The notes below the pieces were generated by a model. It did not search any database. It saw only the letters and a program-made list of their open reading frames with translations, and had not been told where the DNA came from. From an uncultured archaeon (lineage in GTDB: Archaea; Asgardarchaeota; Lokiarchaeia; Sigyniarchaeales; SOKP01): a DNA stretch of 64,000 bases. The stretch spans positions 1-64,000 of the forward strand of contig CAZOYD010000015.1 of assembly GCA_964583985.1 (NCBI GenBank). The letters run 5' to 3'. Below, piece after piece: positions 58,301 through 64,000 of the stretch (positions within the stretch are counted from its first letter, which is position 1; the number at the start of each line of letters is the position of its first letter). The position numbers were made by a program, and so were the translations under genes.

Positions 58301-60025
58301 GGAACAAATGACCAATATTTGGATTTAATTGCTATAATTGGTATTGAAAGCTATGATACCCCTAATACGTGGAGTACAAGAATCCGCCTTTTTGATCTTA
58401 AAAACAATGAGGCTTATACTAAATGGAGTCTTAATCAAACATTTATTCCATATCAAAATGTACGGGTTTTACCTCTAAATAATAGTCTAAATAACTGGTT
58501 ATTAACAGGAATTTTCCAATTCGGAAGTAACTTTAATTGTTCTCATAAATTAATAAGTGATCCTTATTGGGAATCTCAACTATCTCATTTTGAAAGTTAT
58601 TCAGACTCTAAAGTATTAATCAATTATTCTTGGGAACTCAATCCAACCTTTCCAACAGAAGAATATTACAGTTCTACACCTTATGAATTTCCTGGAAAAA
58701 CAAATATAACGATAGATGGAAAAATCGGAATTATTGTAGGAGAATATGGATATGTGGAAAACGAACACGGGTGGTTTTCTTCATCTTTAACCGATATTCG
58801 AATTATTGATATTAATAGCCGGTCAACAGCATGTAAAATCCCAACAGAAAATTTGGAATCAGCTATCTATAGCTCGGAGAGTAATGTAGGAAAGATTGAT
58901 TTTAGTGCTGAAGGTGCAGGTTATTTATTACTAATTTCCCATGAAGATTTCAATGGCGATGATTTCCTTGATCATGTTGGTATATATAGAATATATGAAT
59001 ACTCTGAATATACTTATATGTATGGAATGGAATGTAAAATATTTAGCGGTAATTCTGGTGATACTAATCCTAATATTCTCTTTAAACAATATTTCGAGGA
59101 TACTAATATAAACGACGATATTTATATATCAGATAAACTTAAAATGCCTTTTACTTCAATCGGAGATATTAATCTTGACGGAACTTCTGAAGCAATAATA
59201 GGAATACAATCTGATAGCTCTGAGTGTAAACATTCTTATATCAATTTCTATGATATTTTTAATAGTAATGAAAATGAACCACTTGAATTAACTAATTATA
59301 AGTGGACATTAGAACCTGGTAATTGCTTGCATGCTTACGGTACTTGGTATAACTATGAATTTGTTTTAAATATTGAAAAAATTGAAGATATTACTGGAGA
59401 CGGATTTAACGAGATTTTTATTGAGCATAATTATTACAGAAAAACAACAGATCAATGGGGATATGAGAGTTATAAACCAATCCCAACATCAGAAATCCTG
59501 GATATATTCGATCGGAAAATTCTTTATAGATTTAATATGGATATTAATTCAATATATCCAATTGCTGATTTAAATGAAGATGGAAATAGAGAATTATTAA
59601 TCGCTAGCGGAGAATTAGTATATTGTATAAATTCTAAATTTAACATCCAGATTTTAAATCCTACAAATAGAGAATCTATGGTTTCTAATAATTTCAATAT
59701 TGCATGGGAGACTGATTCACAATATGATTATTTTGAAGTATTAATCAACGGGGTTAGTCAAGGGGCTACTACTGCTAAAAATGTACAAGTTTCTCTTAGT
59801 TCAGGTTGGAAAGATATTAGCGTTATTATGCATGATAAGAGTGGCTTAATTTTAACTATTAATACAATCAAAGTATTAGTACCATCTAACCAAATTCATT
59901 TAATATTTACCTTCGTGCTTCTTGGTGCTTTAATTGGGATTTCCATATATTATCGAAGATATAATAAGAAACAAAAAGAGTTGATTTTAATTAACAATAA
60001 AATTGTTGAAGGAGGTAAAAAGTAA
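55316..60025 (+). CDS. Giant membrane-anchored surface protein with FG-GAP-like Ca-binding and PQQ-like beta-propeller repeats
   Basis: N-terminal signal/TM segment; about 12 DxNxDG-type motifs (e.g. DINGNGFET, DLNSDGVDD, DFNGDDFLD, DLNEDGNRE); GxxxW propeller motifs; an Ig-like region; C-terminal TM with a short basic tail; many N-x-S/T sequons. Confidence 0.85.
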   Translation: MKIKMKREIGLKHRYKTYSITVLIIILSLPISNSILYNLFINDFSNEPKTQAVDSGEDSLIWKLGKGFPGSGATMQPRLVNLTEGGNPLIVVGTDGGIATITLDGFINMSYRTFGPVIDFEIIKDISGDNQDDIVFITYFQEHPNLIAISSNNGSELWKFKPTIEGISPETYQTQNFIPYSWDIKLINDITSDFIPEILISSWYRLIVVNGKSGNKVWMNDQDFTNDVWKIEVLEDINGNGFETIIAGSEEGKLIAFDSQDGSKLWTFTVKGTEMLVYGMTGLTLQTIPNSIDDIRVVGDVNNDEINDIIIASDDGYLRLISGKHGILLDEDVCYTISSPSQSNYISFQTSPYSSIKRIFMKSGIKIYEIPDIDNDGIKEYISIACDLDYSPDYSSTEYKIIQGKIFNINPLSEINKINITRSLNWTYNSFFLSSYPEIIKVDSDIYIYDYSYNGYTTALINRYHIDDELSQNPEVVYTDPGQYESVSSYSGSEKGHYFLNVGDLNSDGVDDLFAITANGRYLCIDCKNNDILWVRTQEVSEIEITEINDLNDDGFNDFLIKQISVFEPDWIISESSSQTTETPTIIIELYTIDAKTGNIIWSLNIPLPEYYKGLRDLKNVGDITDDDIDDYGAWIIPSIIPSNISEIITNLIGNETIDSNEAEMIYRSLLTNYTKVLAINGSDGNIIWNTPMIDFPYKFYRHYEYNGTYLDPIETQSSGNHIYNRINNEIDDTWVNNFDIQWTNHWNPLSLAQASSIQPIRGTSSDNLTDLLDDEGNYTIKAEYVDSSWKAIMNLTIPVNLLDDHLLGAMEYPLSQTERLSALKMQTNLMVNTSSSNWYNFTYEIFDVTNNKWVLCNWSSETTTWNNHTYPDLKGNYIHPSLENSFNDDHMWVITRGTHDADNFIEFDYENKTTLSNFIDLNKNIQIRLNITNGNNAFNLTINDFGLAAFYWGLFDNEYDRYYTWKYTSNIYDKDRFDVSNLLNLEIQDFEVINGTNDQYLDLIAIIGIESYDTPNTWSTRIRLFDLKNNEAYTKWSLNQTFIPYQNVRVLPLNNSLNNWLLTGIFQFGSNFNCSHKLISDPYWESQLSHFESYSDSKVLINYSWELNPTFPTEEYYSSTPYEFPGKTNITIDGKIGIIVGEYGYVENEHGWFSSSLTDIRIIDINSRSTACKIPTENLESAIYSSESNVGKIDFSAEGAGYLLLISHEDFNGDDFLDHVGIYRIYEYSEYTYMYGMECKIFSGNSGDTNPNILFKQYFEDTNINDDIYISDKLKMPFTSIGDINLDGTSEAIIGIQSDSSECKHSYINFYDIFNSNENEPLELTNYKWTLEPGNCLHAYGTWYNYEFVLNIEKIEDITGDGFNEIFIEHNYYRKTTDQWGYESYKPIPTSEILDIFDRKILYRFNMDINSIYPIADLNEDGNRELLIASGELVYCINSKFNIQILNPTNRESMVSNNFNIAWETDSQYDYFEVLINGVSQGATTAKNVQVSLSSGWKDISVIMHDKSGLILTINTIKVLVPSNQIHLIFTFVLLGALIGISIYYRRYNKKQKELILINNKIVEGGKK

Positions 60026-60988
60026 ATGATCAAGATAGATTCAAAAACAAATCTTGAAATTTGGAGTGAGGAATTAACAAAAATCTATGGAAAAAAAAAA
60101 GAAGCGGTAGCGGCTGTATCAAAGATTGATCTACGAATGAAACCAGGAATTCATGGATTCTTAGGTCCAAATGGAGCTGGAAAAACTACTACGATTAATA
60201 TGTTGGTTGGAGCTATTTCTATAACTGAAGGGGCTGCTAAAATAAGAGAGAAAAAAGCAGGTACAGTTGCAGCTAAACAATTGATTGGTTTTTTACCACA
60301 AGATCCTGTTTTTTATGAAGATATGACTGGAGAAAAATATTTAATATATATGGGACAATTAGGAGGACTTCAAAAAAAAGAAGCTAGATTAAAGGCTCAA
60401 CAACTTCTAGATTTTTTTGATCTTTTTAAAGCTAGAAATAGAGAAATTGGTACCTATTCTGGAGGAATGAAGCAAAAAGTCGGTATTGCTGCATCTTTAA
60501 TACACGATCCTAAAGTGCTAATCCTTGATGAGCCTACAGCTAACTTAGACCCAATGGGAAGAGCGGATGTGGTTCAAAAAATAAAAGAATTATCAAAAAG
60601 AGTGAGCGTCTTTGTTTCAAGTCATATTTTATCTGAAATTGAGCAAATGTGTGAAGATGTAACAATGATAGATAATGGTAAGATTGTAATTTCGGATTCT
60701 ATCAGTAATATTAAAAGGAGCTTTATAAGTAATTTATATTTTTTAGATACTAATATGAATGAGACATTAGTAGATCAATTGAAAGATAAGGATTTTATCT
60801 CAAAAGCGTGGTGTGATGATTTAGATGGAAAAATTCATATTATTCCTGAAGATGCTGATAAGCTTCGAGATTTATTACCTCAGATGCTACTTGAGAATAA
60901 GGCTAAATTATATGAATTTCATCGACCTGAATTATCATTACAAGATATTTTTATGGAAATTATGATGAAAGAGAGGGGGAACAACTAA
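60026..60988 (+). CDS. ABC transporter ATP-binding protein (ABC-2/DrrA-like)
   Basis: GPNGAGKTT, YSGGMKQK, LILDEPT and SSH motifs. Confidence 0.95.
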   Translation: MIKIDSKTNLEIWSEELTKIYGKKKEAVAAVSKIDLRMKPGIHGFLGPNGAGKTTTINMLVGAISITEGAAKIREKKAGTVAAKQLIGFLPQDPVFYEDMTGEKYLIYMGQLGGLQKKEARLKAQQLLDFFDLFKARNREIGTYSGGMKQKVGIAASLIHDPKVLILDEPTANLDPMGRADVVQKIKELSKRVSVFVSSHILSEIEQMCEDVTMIDNGKIVISDSISNIKRSFISNLYFLDTNMNETLVDQLKDKDFISKAWCDDLDGKIHIIPEDADKLRDLLPQMLLENKAKLYEFHRPELSLQDIFMEIMMKERGNN

Positions 60989-62019
60989 TGAATAACAATA
61001 AAGGAAACACAGAAAGAAAGATAAAATCTAGTTCTAAGAAATTGAACTCAAATGTGTTGCAACCTGTGAAGAGTTGGCTTTCTAGGAATATTTTCAATAG
61101 AACAGCAATAATAATAAAGAAGACCTTTCAAGATGTTTTTTCTTTTAAAAAAACCATTATAATTTTGATTTTAGGAGTAATAGTTCCATTAATTTTTATT
61201 CTATTACCAACATCTATAGATTTTGGTTTAATATCTCCTTCTCATGCTGCTACGATAATCGGTTTTGCATTAATCTTCCCTGCATTTTTTTGGACCTTAG
61301 GTTTGGTTTTCACCATAATTATTGGAACTTCTGGAGCACCTCTTATTGCTGAAGAAGTTAAATCAGGAACAATGTTGTTATTAGTAAGTAAACCTATTAG
61401 CCGAATAAAAATATTTATTGGTAAATATATAGCAGTATATCTCTACGGAATGCTTTTAAGTTTTTTTTCTATTTTTGTGATAGGATGGCTCGGAGTATTT
61501 GTAAAATCTGGTAATATTGATCATTTTTTTAGTTTAATACCATTCTTGACTGCTCTATATATCTATAGCTTATTTATATTGTTTTTATTTACTAGTATCA
61601 CAATGGCATTTTCTTCAATATTCAAAAAAGCAAGATCAGCATCGATACTAATAATTTTTATTGCAATACTTTCTTATATCGCATTTCTACTAATTAGAAC
61701 ATTAACTGGTCCATTCTATGCGACATTTCAATTATACCATTTTGATCTTGGTTACCATTTAGGAAATGTATTTATTTTATTCATTGAAACATTGAATGCC
61801 GTTCCACCTTCTATAAGTTGGCAAACAACGTTTGCAATCATAACAGGAGTATATAGTATGGAATCATCAATAGATCCAGATCAGAATATCAATCTTGGAG
61901 GTTTAGAAAAAACTAATTATTATTTACCAGTGGTTTCATTATTACTTTGGATTTTAATTGCTGCTTTACTTTTAGTATTTGGTATGTGGAGTCTGAAGAA
62001 AAGAGAAATTTCTGTCTAA
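60988..62019 (+). CDS. ABC-2 type permease
   Basis: IAEEVKSGTMLLLVSKPISRIKIFIGKY motif and 6 TM; TAATG overlap with the ATPase gene. Confidence 0.9.
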   Translation: MNNNKGNTERKIKSSSKKLNSNVLQPVKSWLSRNIFNRTAIIIKKTFQDVFSFKKTIIILILGVIVPLIFILLPTSIDFGLISPSHAATIIGFALIFPAFFWTLGLVFTIIIGTSGAPLIAEEVKSGTMLLLVSKPISRIKIFIGKYIAVYLYGMLLSFFSIFVIGWLGVFVKSGNIDHFFSLIPFLTALYIYSLFILFLFTSITMAFSSIFKKARSASILIIFIAILSYIAFLLIRTLTGPFYATFQLYHFDLGYHLGNVFILFIETLNAVPPSISWQTTFAIITGVYSMESSIDPDQNINLGGLEKTNYYLPVVSLLLWILIAALLLVFGMWSLKKREISV

Positions 62020-62025
62020 AAATTC

Positions 62026-62066
62026 ACTTTTTTTTTTGTTAATATTTAATAATACAAAAAAAAAGT
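62026..62066. terminator. Oligo-T/oligo-A inverted repeat, possible bidirectional terminator
   Basis: AC(T)10GT ... AC(A)9GT between convergent transcription units. Confidence 0.45.
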
Positions 62067-62118
62067 ATGATGAAGGGTAAAAATAGATTTTTAATAAACG
62101 GGGTTAGTCAAGCACAAT

Positions 62119-62201
62119 TCATGTAGATTCTTAAAGGATGATAATACCTCGCACGTATCATGGATGGTTAATTAACAGATTTGAAAAAAGATAAAGAGTC
62201 A
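62119..62201 (+). repeat. Direct repeat, copy 2 (decayed; gene-fragment pseudocopy)
   Basis: 72/83 identity to 54828-54910; four codons have become stops (TGG>TAG, CGA>TGA, CGA>TAA, GAA>TAA). Confidence 0.9.
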
Positions 62202-62206
62202 AAAAT

Positions 62207-63070
62207 TTATTCACTTTTCCAAGTAACAATATAATCTAAATTTTCGGGTAGTGGAATATCCGGATTCGTAAAATGCCATCCTCCTTTTATTCCAAATTGT
62301 TTAGCAGTCAAATCAAAATGACATGTCGCTATTCCCATATCAAGTCTCACAAATGGTCTATAATTTACTGCTAATTTTCCTTCTGGATATTTAACATAAA
62401 AATGAAAAACATTCTCATTTTCTTTTTTTACTATTCTCCAAGGCTGTTTATTTCCGGCAGAAGGTCCTAACCGAACCATTTCTAGAATTGTAGAATATTC
62501 ATTCAATTTTTCATTCGATAAAGAATTTTGAAAATTTGCATTGAAAAAAATGGTCTCCCAGGGTTTTCTTTTCTTGGCTTGAATCACCTTGCGGATAATT
62601 TTTTCGCGGGATCTTCTTTTAGCAGGATATCCAATTGGTGTGATTGCTGGAATAACCTCTTCTGCTTTGCAATTAATTTTTTTTGAAAAAATGGTGCGAT
62701 TAAACGTTCCACCAAGCCAACAAGTACCTAATCCTAAATCTGTTGCCTTAAGAATAATTAATTCCATTACATAGCCATAATTTAGTTTGTAATATTCAGA
62801 CCTTTCTGATGCACCAACAATGAACTCTTGCGCTCCCGATATCATTCCATAAGTCCCAAGTTGCCTTTGTTCATCTGGTTCAAATTCAAGAACACTTACT
62901 AACTCAAATCGACAGGTTCCAGTTTTAGAACTAAAGGGGCTAACGAGGTCGCCTTGTTTCAAAATTCCCTCTATCTTTTCCTTAACATCATCTTCAAGTA
63001 ATTTAGGATAATAAGTTCTCCATGAAGTGCGTTCTTTGATTAGGTCTGTTATTGATTTTGAAAAATCCAT
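62207..63070 (-). CDS. Nitroreductase-family protein (two-domain)
   Basis: ERTSWRTY, LGLGTCWLGG, IGYPA, GPSAGNKQPW and DMGIA motifs. Confidence 0.9.
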   Translation of the reverse strand: MDFSKSITDLIKERTSWRTYYPKLLEDDVKEKIEGILKQGDLVSPFSSKTGTCRFELVSVLEFEPDEQRQLGTYGMISGAQEFIVGASERSEYYKLNYGYVMELIILKATDLGLGTCWLGGTFNRTIFSKKINCKAEEVIPAITPIGYPAKRRSREKIIRKVIQAKKRKPWETIFFNANFQNSLSNEKLNEYSTILEMVRLGPSAGNKQPWRIVKKENENVFHFYVKYPEGKLAVNYRPFVRLDMGIATCHFDLTAKQFGIKGGWHFTNPDIPLPENLDYIVTWKSE

Positions 63071-63294
63071 ATTTTATCTAAATTTGAAAAGGATTATAAT
63101 TATTTTGATATTAAAATATAAATTTAATTCTTATCCATAAGTGCCTCTTGATTATTTTCAAAAATTTTACTTGAATTTTTCTCTATAAGTAAAAATATTC
63201 ACTTCGATGATTGGTCTCCAATTCTTTTATTAAGTGACTCTTATAATGTTTAATTAAGGAACAGCTATAAAGATTAAGGAGTGAGAAAAAAAAT

Positions 63295-63510
63295 ATGGCA
63301 ACTCAAGTTAAGTATGGCTTGGATTATTATGAATTTTTAGATCTCGTTCAAGAGTTTTGCAACAAGATTAATTTAATACAAAAGGACCAAATTCAACTCG
63401 TATATAAACATTTTAATCTAAAAAATTGCAAAGAAGAGTTAGATAAAAAAATTGAATCGATTGATGAACTGCTAAATGAGCAATTAATTAATTATGACAC
63501 TTATTCCTAA
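63295..63510 (+). CDS. Small hypothetical protein
   Basis: 71 aa ORF preceded by AAGGAG. Confidence 0.5.
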   Translation: MATQVKYGLDYYEFLDLVQEFCNKINLIQKDQIQLVYKHFNLKNCKEELDKKIESIDELLNEQLINYDTYS

Positions 63511-63550
63511 ATACAAGTTATTTTCTAAATATTTTATCTTTTTTTTTAAT

Positions 63551-64000
63551 TCAACTTCTTTGTTTCTCTAATATTAATTCTAGGTACGATTTTGTAATAG
63601 AATTATCCTTGTTGATATTAAAGCGATCTAAAAGTTTAAATAATATACCTCGAGCGTCATCAATCTCTTGAGGTGATGAAACAACTATCTCTAATTCCAT
63701 GAAGTACTGATTTAAAAGTGGGATATGATCCAACAATATTTCAATTTTTTCATCTTGGTAAAGAAAATTATATAATTCTCTTTCTTTTTGAATAGTTAAA
63801 ACTTCTTGGAAACCGAGGACTTTCAAGATATCTTTCATATTATCAAAATTATCGATCATTACTTCAATTTCTTGTCGAGTTTTTGTTGTAGAGTCAATTT
63901 TTTTTCCTTTATACGTCAAATAGCAATTAGAGGTTAGTAAAATATCATCATCATTCTTATCAAATTCTTCCGATTTTCTAAGTCGAATTGCTTCATCCGT
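63551..64000 (-). CDS. cyaB: CYTH-domain protein (class IV adenylate cyclase-like), partial
   Basis: The frame is open to the window edge: TDEAIRLRK..YLTYKGKK..KTRQEIE..KERE..FMELE..SYLEL. Confidence 0.88.
   Translation of the reverse strand, partial: TDEAIRLRKSEEFDKNDDDILLTSNCYLTYKGKKIDSTTKTRQEIEVMIDNFDNMKDILKVLGFQEVLTIQKERELYNFLYQDEKIEILLDHIPLLNQYFMELEIVVSSPQEIDDARGILFKLLDRFNINKDNSITKSYLELILEKQRS

Noticed and set aside
1-64000. CRISPR arrays, tRNA/rRNA genes, integrases or transposases
   Set aside because: None were recognised; the only extended GC-rich structured island is the SRP RNA.

Overview
AT-rich, gene-dense archaeal chromosome segment, most likely from an Asgard archaeon (Lokiarchaeia/Promethearchaeota). 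This assignment is inferred from the archaeal uS10, a full-length 7S SRP RNA, a longin-domain protein, a HEAT/LRR protein and a stand-alone RING finger. Most genes are metabolic or housekeeping: two GDHs, two Ldh-family oxidoreductases, AOR, MtnA, Dus, glucan phosphorylase, NAD-dependent ligase, transporters and a VapBC pair. The strongest candidate for an undescribed system is at 22.3-33.9 kb: an eliminase-type glycyl radical enzyme with an N-terminal SCP2-like lipid-binding domain, its activase and a tungsten-type AOR, bracketed by two paralogous copies of a CrtI/RetSat-like flavoprotein + FNR-[2Fe-2S] reductase cassette. Other notable items: a ~7 kb cassette (giant FG-GAP/beta-propeller surface protein + ABC transporter) bounded by a decayed 83-bp direct repeat of a host gene's 3' end; a box C/D k-turn sRNA; a short ORF with an in-frame TGA in a Y-C-x-x-U-G context (possible selenoprotein); a Not4-type C4C4 RING protein; a Bud23-like rRNA methyltransferase next to uS10; a six-GGG-tract (G-quadruplex-like) motif between the divergent gdh genes; and two pseudogenes (TMEM175 and a QueG-like Fe-S protein). 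All family assignments come from motif recognition by eye; no database searches were run.
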